A stretch of 64,000 nucleotides of DNA from Bacteroidales bacterium (GTDB lineage Bacteria > Bacteroidota > Bacteroidia > Bacteroidales > UBA3663): the NCBI GenBank assembly GCA_017519885.1, contig JAFWRO010000014.1, forward strand, positions 38,086-102,085, in the 5' to 3' direction. This document shows positions 16,589 to 26,671 of the stretch, piece after piece. Under the pieces are notes generated by a model, which was not told where the DNA came from, ran no database searches, and saw nothing but the letters and a program-made list of their open reading frames with translations. Both the position numbers and the translations under genes were made by a program. Numbering within the stretch: the stretch's first letter is position 1; each line of letters starts with the position of its first letter.

Positions 16589-17947
16589 ATGAAACATATC
16601 CTCCGTCTGATTATGCTCACGCTTATGCTGGGCATCGTTATGCCTGAAGCCACTGCACAGGTTAGCGTACGTCGCTCCAGCAGTTCCCGCAGCTCCTCTT
16701 CCTCTTCATCAAAGAAGAAGAGCGATGACAAGAAGAAAAGCGATGACAAAAAGAAGAGCAAGGAAGCGACTTCCAAACCCGTCGAAGTCAAGGCGACTCC
16801 AGTTTCGTCCACCCCAGCATCAGCTGGCGATGGTCAGGTAGCAAGGCCGACACGCCGTCCCGAAGGCAATATTCAAGATGGTGCATCACCTGCTGCCCGC
16901 GTGACGCCTACCCGCAGGGTGCAGAAGAAGGAAAATCAGCCCATTGTCGATGGCAATAGCCAGCGTCAGCAGTCGTTTGCCGAATACCAGCGCAAGGAAG
17001 ACGGATTCATGCCCTGGCAGCATATCGTCTATCGCGAACTTGACATGGAGAACCCCATCAATGCTTCGCTCTACTATCCCGAGGAACCTATGGACGGACT
17101 GACCAACCTCTTCCGTGTCATCCTCGACGGCATCTGCACGGGCAGGCTAAAAGGCTACGAATACCTTGATGGTCGCGAGATCTTCGATGAGAAATATGTA
17201 GTCAATCCCCGTGACATCCTCGACAAGTTCCAGATTCTCTATCAGGAGAAACCCGCCGTCGGACAAAACGGCAAGCCCACCTTTGTAGTAGAAGAGATGG
17301 ACGTACCTTGCAACGAAGTGCTGAGCTACTTCATCAAGGAACGCTGGGAGTTCAACCAGAAGAACTCGAAATATGGTCCCCGCATTCTTGCCATCTGCCC
17401 CGTGCTTCATCGTTCAGGCGACTTTGGAGGCGACCTGGTCAAGTACCCCATGTTCTGGCTCAATTATGAAGACCTTCGTCCCCTGCTGCGCGAACACCTC
17501 ATTATGAGTGACGGCATGAACAACACCCCACGTTTCACGATGGAGGAGTTCTTTACCCTCGAACAGTACAAGGGCGACATCTACAAGGTGCAGAATACAC
17601 GCGGCCTCTCTCTGATGCAGCAGTATCCCGATCCCGATACCCTCAAGATGATGCGTGCCAAGATTGAAGCCGAACTGCGTGGTTTCGGCGACAGCATCTG
17701 GGTCTATGAAGAGACCGAAGCCGACCTCGCCGTACAGGATAGCATCCGCGCTGCCCGCCGTGCCGAACGTCGTGCCCGTCGCGGCGAACCCGCAACTGCC
17801 TCAACAGGCGATGGCAAGAAGAACCGTCGTACCAAGGCCGAAGTCGATATGAATGCCGTCGAGGAAGCCAGGGAGGCCAAGGAAGATGCCATCGACAGCC
17901 GCATCGAATCAACCGGCAAAGCCCATTCCGCACGCCGAAGAAGGTGA
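16589..17947 (+). CDS. porN: T9SS component PorN/GldN
   Basis: WQHIVYRELD...NASLYYP, YFIKERWEF, ILAICPVL, YPMFW, YKGDIYKVQN; operon position. Confidence 0.9.
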   Translation: MKHILRLIMLTLMLGIVMPEATAQVSVRRSSSSRSSSSSSSKKKSDDKKKSDDKKKSKEATSKPVEVKATPVSSTPASAGDGQVARPTRRPEGNIQDGASPAARVTPTRRVQKKENQPIVDGNSQRQQSFAEYQRKEDGFMPWQHIVYRELDMENPINASLYYPEEPMDGLTNLFRVILDGICTGRLKGYEYLDGREIFDEKYVVNPRDILDKFQILYQEKPAVGQNGKPTFVVEEMDVPCNEVLSYFIKERWEFNQKNSKYGPRILAICPVLHRSGDFGGDLVKYPMFWLNYEDLRPLLREHLIMSDGMNNTPRFTMEEFFTLEQYKGDIYKVQNTRGLSLMQQYPDPDTLKMMRAKIEAELRGFGDSIWVYEETEADLAVQDSIRAARRAERRARRGEPATASTGDGKKNRRTKAEVDMNAVEEAREAKEDAIDSRIESTGKAHSARRRR

Positions 17948-17962
17948 GCCCCATTCGTTTTC

Positions 17963-17984
17963 GTGGCAGCCAAGCTTGGCTGCC
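17963..17984 (+). repeat. REP-like palindrome copy
   Basis: gtGGCAGCCAAGCTTGGCTGCC after porN. Confidence 0.75.
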
Positions 17985-18025
17985 CCCATTTTACTCATTA
18001 GCCACATAATTCCCATAAATAATCT

Positions 18026-19642
18026 ATGACTCAACTCAAGACCCTTCGCGACTCAGCCGCCCTGCGTTGGACGGCGCTACTCCTGTTGGCACTTGCCATG
18101 TTCTGTGCCTACATCTTCATGGACATCCTTTCGCCCATCAAGGACCTCATGCTCTCCGAGCGTGGTTGGGACTCCACGGCGTTCGGCACCATGCAAGGTT
18201 CCGAAACCTTCCTCAACGTCTTTGTCTTCTTCCTCATTTTCGCAGGCATCATCCTCGATAAGATGGGCGTTCGCTTCACGGCCGTACTATCTGGTGCCGT
18301 AATGCTGGCAGGTGCTCTTATCAAGTACTATGCCATCAGCGAAAGTTTCATGGGCAGTGGACTTGAGACATGGTTCACCAACAATCTCAACCACATCCCC
18401 ATCTTCGAACAACTCGGCGTATCACCTTTCTATGAGGGAATGCCCGCTTCGGCCAAGGTTGCTGCCTGTGGCTTCATGATCTTCGGCTGCGGTGCCGAAA
18501 TGGGTGGCATCACCGTTTCGCGTGGTATCGTCAAGTGGTTCAAAGGTCGCGAAATGGCGCTTGCTATGGGTTCTGAGATGGCACTTGCCCGTCTGGGTGT
18601 TGCCACCTGTATGATCTTCTCGCCCTTCTTCGCCAAGTTGGGTGGACACATCGACGTGTCACGTTCTGTAGCCTTTGGCGTAGTGCTCCTCTGCATCGCC
18701 CTCATTATGTTCGTCGTCTATTTCTTCATGGACAAGAAGCTCGACGCACAGACTGGCGAAGCTGAAGAGAAGGACGACCCGTTCAAGGTGAGCGACATCG
18801 GCAAGATTCTCAGCAGCATGGGCTTCTGGCTTGTCTCGCTGCTCTGCGTGCTCTACTATTCGGCCATCTTCCCCTTCCAGAAGTATGCGGTCAATATGCT
18901 GCAGTGCAATCTTACTTTCTCCGAGGTTCCCGCCGATTCGTTCTGGGCTTCCACCTCAGTCACCATCGTGCAGTACGTCGTGATGCTCATCGTGGCAGCC
19001 ACCGCCTTTATGTTCAACTTCATGAAGAACAAGAATATCAAGTACGGTGTGCTCTGCATCTCCATTATCGCCCTCATCAGTTATTGCTATATGGGCTATA
19101 TGCGACAGTCGGCCGAATCCATCTTTGCCGTATTCCCGCTCCTTGCTGTGGGCATCACCCCCATCCTGGGCAAATACGTTGATTACAAGGGCAAGGCAGC
19201 CTCGATGCTCGTGCTGGGCTCACTGCTCCTCATCGCCTGCCACCTCACTTTCGCCTTTATCTTGCCGATGTTCAAGGGCAACCAGGTGGGCGGCGTCATA
19301 GTGGCCTACCTCACCATCCTCGTGCTTGGCTCTTCATTCTCGCTGGTTCCCGCATCGCTCTGGCCCTCCGTACCAAAGCTTGTTGAACCTAAGATCATCG
19401 GTTCGGCCTACGCCCTGATCTTCTGGATCCAGAACATCGGCCTTTGGCTCTTCCCACTCCTTATCGGCAAGGTGCTCGATATGACCAACGAAGGCGTCAC
19501 CGACCCGACCAAGTACGACTACACCTGGCCGCTCATTATGCTCGCCTGCCTCGGTGTTGCTGCACTCGTCATCGGACTCATCCTCAAGGCTGTGGACAAG
19601 AAGAAGGGCCTTGGTCTCGAATTGCCCAATGTGAAGGCATGA
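18026..19642 (+). CDS. MFS transporter
   Basis: GIILDKMGVR motif A, many TM helices, 538 aa. Confidence 0.87.
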   Translation: MTQLKTLRDSAALRWTALLLLALAMFCAYIFMDILSPIKDLMLSERGWDSTAFGTMQGSETFLNVFVFFLIFAGIILDKMGVRFTAVLSGAVMLAGALIKYYAISESFMGSGLETWFTNNLNHIPIFEQLGVSPFYEGMPASAKVAACGFMIFGCGAEMGGITVSRGIVKWFKGREMALAMGSEMALARLGVATCMIFSPFFAKLGGHIDVSRSVAFGVVLLCIALIMFVVYFFMDKKLDAQTGEAEEKDDPFKVSDIGKILSSMGFWLVSLLCVLYYSAIFPFQKYAVNMLQCNLTFSEVPADSFWASTSVTIVQYVVMLIVAATAFMFNFMKNKNIKYGVLCISIIALISYCYMGYMRQSAESIFAVFPLLAVGITPILGKYVDYKGKAASMLVLGSLLLIACHLTFAFILPMFKGNQVGGVIVAYLTILVLGSSFSLVPASLWPSVPKLVEPKIIGSAYALIFWIQNIGLWLFPLLIGKVLDMTNEGVTDPTKYDYTWPLIMLACLGVAALVIGLILKAVDKKKGLGLELPNVKA

Positions 19643-21342
19643 CGCAACCCCGTTCCGTTCATAATACCATCGCAACGCTACTATGGCTACTGGCCATAGT
19701 AGCGCTGTCTGCGTCTTCAGCAGTGGCTTCTGACAGTTTGCAGACGTCCTGTCCTCTCCTACCGTTGCATGCCCAGCGACTGCCGGACCTGAACCTGCCG
19801 CGTGCGGGTTATAGTGTCTTCTGTATTAACGGAGAAATCACTGTTGTAGGAGGTCACACCGATGGTTTTGTTCCAACAGCCACGGCCGAATATTACAAGG
19901 ATGGAGCCTGGCACCTCCTGTCGACTGCCTACGAACACGACAATGGCTTTGCCGTCGTTCTCTCGTCGGGCAAAGCGCTCATCGCTGGTGGCCACGAGAA
20001 GCATCTGGGCATTGGTCAGACCTTTGTGGCCGAAATGTACGATCCCACAACGCATAGCTTCGAAGGCTTCGGATGCCTAGACACCAAACGCAGTCTCGCC
20101 AGTGCCATCGAGATGGACAGTGGATACGTGGTGATAGCAGGTAATCATTATACCGACGATGCCATCGAATGCTTCGATGGGCAAAAGAGCTTTACTTATT
20201 TAAAGGATGTTTCAGCAGGGCGATGCCGTCCCTACATTCTCCGAATTGCAAATAACGATGCCCTCGTCTTCGGAGCCTTCGATACAAAGGACAAGCCTCT
20301 TCCTGAACCCTCTTTGATTGACCGTATTAAGGGCGAACCTTTCCGTGAGCCTTTGCTCGACACCTGGCATCCGCTCGGCTTTGAAGGGTTGGACCCCAGC
20401 GCCATTAGTTTCATTGGTGACGAACAGGCTGGCGATTATCGCCATCTGCTGGCTGCATGCAACGACGAAGGGCAAATGGCCATCATTCAGGTTTGCGACA
20501 CAATCTTCTCCATCCTCCCCACCGATGTCCCCATTCCTATGGAAAGCTCATGGGGCAAGATTCTTTATTTCAGCCCACTCATTGTCGACAGGATGGAGCA
20601 AAAGGGTTACATCCTGGGCGTTGACAACGACAAGCGTTTCTACGCACTCTGCATCAATTACAACGCAGTTTCCGACAGTACTCCAGCCTCTCTTACACTC
20701 TATTACACCGACCCATTGACCGATGCCGGAACTGCTTCCCCTATCCTGACTCCCGAGGGCAACATCTTGCTAGCGGGTGGCATCACTGATTCCAACTTCT
20801 ATCCCTATCGAACAGTGTACCTGCTGCCCTTAAGGCGACAAGTGGAGGGGGCATCCTCTCCTGTTGGACTCAAGCCCTACGACGTGGCAGGATACGTCTG
20901 CCTGGTGATTTTCGTACTGCTTTTTCTCAATTGGTTGCGAGTGCGACGCAAACAAGGCCACACTTCACCCGATACTCCTCAGGGTGGCAACGCTGCACCA
21001 GCTCCAAACACCTCACGACTGATGGAACAGATTCATCAGGCGATGGTCGAACAAAAGCTCTATTTGAACTATGACCTGAAGCTAACCGACGTCGCCGCCC
21101 TCCTCGACACCACGCCCCGCAACATCGCCGAATACATCAGGGAATGCGAGAATTGCTCGTTCACGCAGCTGGTCAACAATTACCGCATCGAGCACGCTAA
21201 ATGCCTGCTCGTCGAGCAGCCCGACAAGAAACTGATGAACGTCGCCATCGAATCAGGGTTTGCCAACGAGACCTCCTTTTTCCGTACCTTCAAGTCGGTC
21301 ACTGGTATGACACCGCGCGAATGGACGGCCCAAAAGAAGTAA
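19639..21342 (+). CDS. Membrane-anchored AraC regulator with N-terminal Kelch-like periplasmic domain
   Basis: Signal peptide; VVGGH...AEYY, LIAGGH...AEMYDP Kelch-like repeats; one TM; C-terminal SFTQLVNNYRIEHAK...SGFANETSFFRTFKSVTGMTP; ATGA overlap with the MFS stop. Confidence 0.85.
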   Translation: MTQPRSVHNTIATLLWLLAIVALSASSAVASDSLQTSCPLLPLHAQRLPDLNLPRAGYSVFCINGEITVVGGHTDGFVPTATAEYYKDGAWHLLSTAYEHDNGFAVVLSSGKALIAGGHEKHLGIGQTFVAEMYDPTTHSFEGFGCLDTKRSLASAIEMDSGYVVIAGNHYTDDAIECFDGQKSFTYLKDVSAGRCRPYILRIANNDALVFGAFDTKDKPLPEPSLIDRIKGEPFREPLLDTWHPLGFEGLDPSAISFIGDEQAGDYRHLLAACNDEGQMAIIQVCDTIFSILPTDVPIPMESSWGKILYFSPLIVDRMEQKGYILGVDNDKRFYALCINYNAVSDSTPASLTLYYTDPLTDAGTASPILTPEGNILLAGGITDSNFYPYRTVYLLPLRRQVEGASSPVGLKPYDVAGYVCLVIFVLLFLNWLRVRRKQGHTSPDTPQGGNAAPAPNTSRLMEQIHQAMVEQKLYLNYDLKLTDVAALLDTTPRNIAEYIRECENCSFTQLVNNYRIEHAKCLLVEQPDKKLMNVAIESGFANETSFFRTFKSVTGMTPREWTAQKK

Positions 21343-21376
21343 CTACGTCCCTCCTTTTTTGTACGAATATACCACC

Positions 21377-21412
21377 AAAAGACTAACAATTTCTGCATTG
21401 TTAGTCTTTTTT
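21377..21412 (+). terminator. Hairpin after the AraC gene
   Basis: AAAAGACTAACAAT-ttctgc-ATTGTTAGTCTTTT tt. Confidence 0.6.
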
Positions 21413-21446
21413 CAATTTTTGTAAGTCCATTTTGTCCGTTATTGGC

Positions 21447-21454
21447 TATATTTG
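21447..21454 (+). promoter_or_regulatory. Bacteroidetes -7 element
   Basis: TATATTTG about 55 bp upstream of ATG 21509. Confidence 0.6.
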
Positions 21455-21508
21455 CACCATATTTCACATCAATTAGCTCACTTACTTCACCCCCCAAAAC
21501 ACTATTGT

Positions 21509-24500
21509 ATGAAAAACATCTACCTCTATTTGCTTGCGCTTCTGTCGCTCGCAGGTCCCGGCATCGCCACGGCACAGACCCTGGAGAACGGCGATGTGAA
21601 GACGGGACGCTTCACCGAAACACAACACGAAGTATGGTACACCCTCACTCTCCAGACCGAAGGTGATGCCTCCATCGCCGTCAATTCGGTCAGCAACGTC
21701 CGTATCGATGGACTCGACCTCTATGCAGAGTACAATGGCGAAAATCATTGGCGCACCGGCTCTGTGTGGATCGAAGGTGGACGCATTCTCACCTGCGCCG
21801 ATATGGGCATTGGCACCTACAAGGTGAAGGTGACCGGCCGACCCACCAACAACGCCACAAGCGGTACCTTCCAAATCACATGCTTGCTGAGCCAGCCTTC
21901 CTACAAGAGCGACCCAGAACCCAACGGCACCTGGCAACAGGCAGCCTTCCTGACTCAAGGCGAAACAATGCCGGGTCGAATGGGCTATCAATTCTATAAC
22001 GACCGCGACAACACCGATTGGTTCCGTCTCGAGGTGCCCGAGGACGGCAAACTCACTTTCGAGACCAAGAGCGACCAATCCCTGCGTTTGGGCAGCCTCA
22101 ATCTCTACACACTCAATGCCGATGGGGCCGACGTTTCGTGGCGCACTTCGAAGGATATGGATGGCTATGGCCGCGACACCACCATCGTATTCGAAATCCC
22201 CAATGTATCGGCAGGCACCTACTACGTCCGGCAGGATCGCTACACGGGCGTCGGCAGCTACCAGTTGATCTATTACTTTACCTCGCACAGCCTCAACGCC
22301 GATCCCGAACCAAATGGCACTTGGAAAGAGGCCATCGAACTGAATGCCGGACCTTCGGTCAGCGGACAGTTAGGCTACGACTACCAGAACTCGACCGATG
22401 GTGTCGATTGGTACAAGATCGAAGTTCCCGACGAAGGAACTGTCATTCTCAACACCTCTTCCGAGACTACCTTGCGTCTGGGCAGCCTGAATCTCTATAC
22501 CTACAATGCTGACCAGAGCGACGTTTCGTGGCGCACTTCGAAGGATATGGACGGCTATGCCAAGGACACCACCGTCTTCTTCACCATCGTCGATTGTGCT
22601 GCCGGCACCTATTTCCTGCGTCTCGACCGCTACACGGGCTATGGCACCTACACGCTCAAATACACCTTCAATGCCAACAGCCATCAAAAGGACCCCGAGC
22701 CCAACAACGAATGGACAAAGGCTTCCGAAATCAAACTTGGAACCACCCAACAGGGGCGTTTGGGATACTTCTACTACAACGACCGCGACGGCGTGGATTG
22801 GTACAAAGTCGAAATTCCCGACGAGGGAACTCTGGCACTTACCACCACCTCCGAAACTACCCTGCGTCTCGGCAGTCTCAACCTTTACACCTACAATGCT
22901 GAACGAACCGACGTCTCGTGGCGTACCTCGAAAGATATGGATGGATATTCCAAGGACACCACCGTCGTCTTCACCATTTCCGATCTTGCTCCAGGCACCT
23001 ACTTCCTCCGTCAGGACCGTTACACCGGACAAGGAGGCTACAAGCTGAAGGTTGAGTTCACGCCGAATCCCTATGGCCCCGATTCGTTCGACAACAACGC
23101 ATGGGACAAGGCCACAGAAATAACTTCGGGCATCACTCAGCAAGGTCGTTTGGGATACTTCTACTACAATGACCGCGACGGTGTGGATTGGTACCGATTC
23201 GAGATATCAGCCGATGGCGAGGCTGTTTTTACCACCACTTCCGAGACCACGTTGCGTCTGGGCAGCCTCAATCTCTATACCTACAACGGCGAACGCACCG
23301 ACGTATCGTGGCGCACCTCCAAGGATATGGACGGATACTCCAAGGACACCACCGTAATCTTCATCATCTCCGACCTCGCTCCAGGCACCTACTTCCTCCG
23401 TCAGGACCGTTACACTGGTCAAGGTGGCTATGCCCTCACCTATCGCTTCAACCCGAACCCCTATTGGCGCGAAAGAATCGACAACAACAAGTTCGATGGC
23501 CGTCTGGAGCTGAAGAAGGGGAAGACCGTCTATACGACGCTGGGCTTCTTCTATTACAACGACCGCAATACCGAAGACTGGTATGATCTGGGCACCTTTA
23601 ACCGTGACGTCATCGACATCACCATCTGTCCCGACACTACCCATTCGCTCAATATGAGCAATGTCGATTGGTATCGTTGGGATGGAACCTACAACGACAA
23701 CGGCTCGCCACGCCTCTCGTGGATCAAGGGCGACCGTATCGAACGCAGCCGCATCACCTCTTCCTATTATAACAATACCGACGAGGAAACCCACCTCATC
23801 CTGAAAGTGAGTCGCTACACCGGTCAGGGTGGTTACTCCATTGTGATGGGCGAAGACGAGGAGGAAGTGGCAGCACGCGGTCCTGTCTATGCCAACTATC
23901 TGGGTCTGCATATCATTGTCGGTGGACGCAATACAGTGCGCAAGGGCGTGGCCTGCTACAACCCCATCACCATCTGCAACACGAGCAATGTGCGCACAAT
24001 GCCAGCTGCACTGGTCATCTCCGCTTCGAGCGACATCAACATCCTCGGCTTCGAGATGCCAGGCGATCTGGGCACCACCTATCTGCCTGCCGACAGCGTC
24101 CTCGTCGAGGGCGAAGACTGCGAGGGAACAGCCGTCTTCATCGTGCCTGGTCTTGATCCATGGCAGTTCTACACCTTCAACCTCATCAGCGAAGGTGTGG
24201 GCGACATCAACTTCATTCCCGTTCGTCCTGGCGAAGATGTTGCTGAGAGGATTCGTGCCTTCGAACCCTTCTCCACCGCCATCGTCTTGGGCTTCGTAGT
24301 CGATTGCGCATGGGACATTGTCCAGGACCAGCTCGGCATCGACCATTTCGTCTCCCGTACCGCTGGAGAAGTCCTTGCCCTCAACGAGCAGGAGGAACGC
24401 CAGTACCGCCAGTTCCTCAACCTCACCTACGAGCAGTATCACGGCGAACAGCCTGGCGTGGCAGCCTACACCGCCAAGTCGGTCATCAAGACCGCCTGTG

Positions 24501-25549
24501 TCAAGGGCATTGAAAAGATACCCGTCATCGGCACAACCATAAAGGCTGTAGGAAGCGCAATCGAAATCATGCAGAACATCGTGCCCAACCTCCGTCGCCG
24601 TCTGTGGTACTGGATCTACAAGGACCTTGGCTACATCAAGGACGACCTCGAAGTGAGGGATGGCAAGCAGCCCATCAACGGCGTCGTAACCTCGTGGGAT
24701 CCCAACGAGATGTGTGGTCCGCAGGGTGTGGGCGAACAGCACTACATCGCTGGCGAACAGACCATCGGCTACACCATCATGTTCGAAAACAAGGCCGAAG
24801 CCGGCGATGCTGCCTATCGTGTGCGCATCAGCGACGTCCTCGACGAGGAAGTCTTCGATGTAAGCACAGTGAGATTCGGAGGCACCAGTCACGATGGCGT
24901 GGGCTACAATTGGAAGATGACACGCGAAGGCAATCGCCTGTCGTGGGATATCGAGGGCATTGAGTTGCCACCTAATGTCAATGCTCCCGAGGGTGAGGGC
25001 TTCGTCACTTTCACCGTGGGCCTCAAGCCAGGTCTGCCCGATGGCACTGTCATCCGCAACAAGGCCGAAATCATCTTCGACAAGAACTTCCCGATTGAGA
25101 CCAACGGGTACACCAACACGCTCGACCTCACGGCTCCTGTCACCACTATGTCAGAAGCCAACTACGACACGGCCAACGAGCTCATCGCCATCAATTGCAG
25201 TTCCTACGATGCTGCTTCGGGTGTCGATAGTTACCAGCTCTTCGTCTCGAAGGATGGCGGCGACTACACCTGCGCTGGTCAGTTCCCCGACCAGGTATTC
25301 TACAGCGTACCTGCAGGCGATGGCGCAACCTATAGCTTCTATGTGCTTGCCATCGACCGTGTGGGCAATGCCGAGGTCATCATCCCCGATGTCATCCCGT
25401 TCACCAACGGCATCCGCATCATTCGCGCCGACGATCCCTCACTCATCCATCGCATCTACACCCTCGACGGCAAGTATCTGGGTGACGACGTCAGCACCCT
25501 CCCCGCCGGCATCTACATTCAAGGTGGCAAGAAACTGATTGTGAAATAA
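21509..25549 (+). CDS. Large T9SS-secreted surface protein with tandem PPC-like beta-sandwich repeats
   Basis: Signal peptide; DPEPN..W..A / D..DWY repeats every 130 aa; SWDPNE motif; IYTLDGK...IYIQGGKKLIVK tail. Confidence 0.85.
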   Translation: MKNIYLYLLALLSLAGPGIATAQTLENGDVKTGRFTETQHEVWYTLTLQTEGDASIAVNSVSNVRIDGLDLYAEYNGENHWRTGSVWIEGGRILTCADMGIGTYKVKVTGRPTNNATSGTFQITCLLSQPSYKSDPEPNGTWQQAAFLTQGETMPGRMGYQFYNDRDNTDWFRLEVPEDGKLTFETKSDQSLRLGSLNLYTLNADGADVSWRTSKDMDGYGRDTTIVFEIPNVSAGTYYVRQDRYTGVGSYQLIYYFTSHSLNADPEPNGTWKEAIELNAGPSVSGQLGYDYQNSTDGVDWYKIEVPDEGTVILNTSSETTLRLGSLNLYTYNADQSDVSWRTSKDMDGYAKDTTVFFTIVDCAAGTYFLRLDRYTGYGTYTLKYTFNANSHQKDPEPNNEWTKASEIKLGTTQQGRLGYFYYNDRDGVDWYKVEIPDEGTLALTTTSETTLRLGSLNLYTYNAERTDVSWRTSKDMDGYSKDTTVVFTISDLAPGTYFLRQDRYTGQGGYKLKVEFTPNPYGPDSFDNNAWDKATEITSGITQQGRLGYFYYNDRDGVDWYRFEISADGEAVFTTTSETTLRLGSLNLYTYNGERTDVSWRTSKDMDGYSKDTTVIFIISDLAPGTYFLRQDRYTGQGGYALTYRFNPNPYWRERIDNNKFDGRLELKKGKTVYTTLGFFYYNDRNTEDWYDLGTFNRDVIDITICPDTTHSLNMSNVDWYRWDGTYNDNGSPRLSWIKGDRIERSRITSSYYNNTDEETHLILKVSRYTGQGGYSIVMGEDEEEVAARGPVYANYLGLHIIVGGRNTVRKGVACYNPITICNTSNVRTMPAALVISASSDINILGFEMPGDLGTTYLPADSVLVEGEDCEGTAVFIVPGLDPWQFYTFNLISEGVGDINFIPVRPGEDVAERIRAFEPFSTAIVLGFVVDCAWDIVQDQLGIDHFVSRTAGEVLALNEQEERQYRQFLNLTYEQYHGEQPGVAAYTAKSVIKTACVKGIEKIPVIGTTIKAVGSAIEIMQNIVPNLRRRLWYWIYKDLGYIKDDLEVRDGKQPINGVVTSWDPNEMCGPQGVGEQHYIAGEQTIGYTIMFENKAEAGDAAYRVRISDVLDEEVFDVSTVRFGGTSHDGVGYNWKMTREGNRLSWDIEGIELPPNVNAPEGEGFVTFTVGLKPGLPDGTVIRNKAEIIFDKNFPIETNGYTNTLDLTAPVTTMSEANYDTANELIAINCSSYDAASGVDSYQLFVSKDGGDYTCAGQFPDQVFYSVPAGDGATYSFYVLAIDRVGNAEVIIPDVIPFTNGIRIIRADDPSLIHRIYTLDGKYLGDDVSTLPAGIYIQGGKKLIVK
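21911..23470 (+). repeat. Four intragenic 390-bp tandem repeats (a diverged fifth follows)
   Basis: Unit starts at 21911, 22301, 22691, 23081; each encodes LRLGSLNLYT...DVSWRTSKDMDGY..DTT. Confidence 0.9.
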
Positions 25550-25574
25550 ACCTATCATCATACCATAAAAACAT

Positions 25575-25609
25575 GGGGGATGTGCCTTGCGAGGCATATC
25601 CCCCTTTTT
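25575..25609 (+). terminator. Intrinsic terminator
   Basis: GGGGGATGTGCCT-tgcg-AGGCATATCCCCC TTTTT. Confidence 0.8.
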
Positions 25610-25743
25610 ATCTTCCTTATCTATCATCATTTTTTATCACCTCCATCTGCCATCTCAACCCTTTTCTTCCCTCTTTCCAAGGAAACGTTGTCAAAATATA
25701 CTCCTTTTCGCAAATTTTGCGTATATTTGCACCGAACCAATAA

Positions 25744-25790
25744 AATTGTTATTTGTCAATTATTAATTGTTAATTGTAAATTATTAATTG
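25744..25790. repeat. 7-bp tandem repeat (AATTGTT-like x6-7) in the djlA 5' leader
   Basis: aattgtt atttgtc aattatt aattgtt aattgta aattatt aattg. Confidence 0.7.
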
Positions 25791-25795
25791 AACCC

Positions 25796-26617
25796 ATGGC
25801 ATTCGCAAAATGGATAGGAGCCTTCCTCGGCCTGCTCTCAGGAGGCGCCTTTGGAGCAATCGCAGGCTACGCCCTCGGCTACATCGTCGACGACTTCATC
25901 AGCAACGGAAACCAACTCACCTCTGGCGAACAGGAACCCTTTTCGCAGCAGAGGCGCACCACCTACACCCGTCGCACCACCCAGTCTCAGCGTGGCACCC
26001 AGCAGGAAGGCGAGCGCAACAGTTACCTCTTCTCCCTGCTTCTCCTCTCGTCTCACATCATCATAGCCGACCAGAAGATCATGCATTCCGAGATGGAATA
26101 CGTGCGCCGCACCCTGCGCAACAACTTCGGTACTGCTGCAGAAAGCCAAGGAAACGAGATCCTGCTTCGTCTCTTCGAACGTCATAAGCAACTCGGCACA
26201 GCATTATGGACCGAGCAGATACGTCAGTGCTGCTACCAGATGGTAGGCGCCATGAGCGTCGAAGAGCGCCTCCAGCTCCTTGCCTTCCTCTGCGAAATTG
26301 CCAAGGCCGACGGCTCGGTGGTACAGGTCGAGGTCGATCGAATCCGTTCGATAGCCAATTGGCTCAGCATCAATGTCGACGAAGTTGACAAGCTTCTCCA
26401 TCTCGGCTCCAACAAGATTGAAGACGCCTATAAGGTACTCGGTGTCTCTCCCGATGCCACCGACGACGAAGTGAAGAAGGCCTATCGCAAGATGGCCCTC
26501 CAGTATCATCCCGACAAGGTTTCCACCCTCGGTGATGACGTCAAGGCTGCCGCTGAAAAGAAGTTCAAGGAAATCAACGCCGCCAAGGAACTCATCTGGG
26601 CTGCCCGAGGTCTATAA
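25796..26617 (+). CDS. djlA: DjlA-like co-chaperone (TM, TerB-like, C-terminal J domain)
   Basis: KWIGAFLG...[21 protein letters not shown]...[14 protein letters not shown]. Confidence 0.87.
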   Translation: MAFAKWIGAFLGLLSGGAFGAIAGYALGYIVDDFISNGNQLTSGEQEPFSQQRRTTYTRRTTQSQRGTQQEGERNSYLFSLLLLSSHIIIADQKIMHSEMEYVRRTLRNNFGTAAESQGNEILLRLFERHKQLGTALWTEQIRQCCYQMVGAMSVEERLQLLAFLCEIAKADGSVVQVEVDRIRSIANWLSINVDEVDKLLHLGSNKIEDAYKVLGVSPDATDDEVKKAYRKMALQYHPDKVSTLGDDVKAAAEKKFKEINAAKELIWAARGL

Positions 26618-26640
26618 CCCGCCCCTTCCCTTTTGTTTCC

Positions 26641-26661
26641 GTCGCGGCCATGTTTGGCCGC
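26641..26661 (+). repeat. REP-like palindrome copy
   Basis: gtcGCGGCCAtgttTGGCCGC between djlA and cutC. Confidence 0.7.
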
Positions 26662-26671
26662 AAATCACGCC

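Noticed and set aside
12293-17947. Gliding motility locus
   Set aside because: porK-N are shared with the T9SS; no gliding-specific genes are visible here, so only secretion is supported.
21911-23470. Diversity-generating retroelement TR/VR pair
   Set aside because: Repeats are in-frame tandem domains, the differences look mostly synonymous rather than adenine-specific, and no reverse transcriptase is present.
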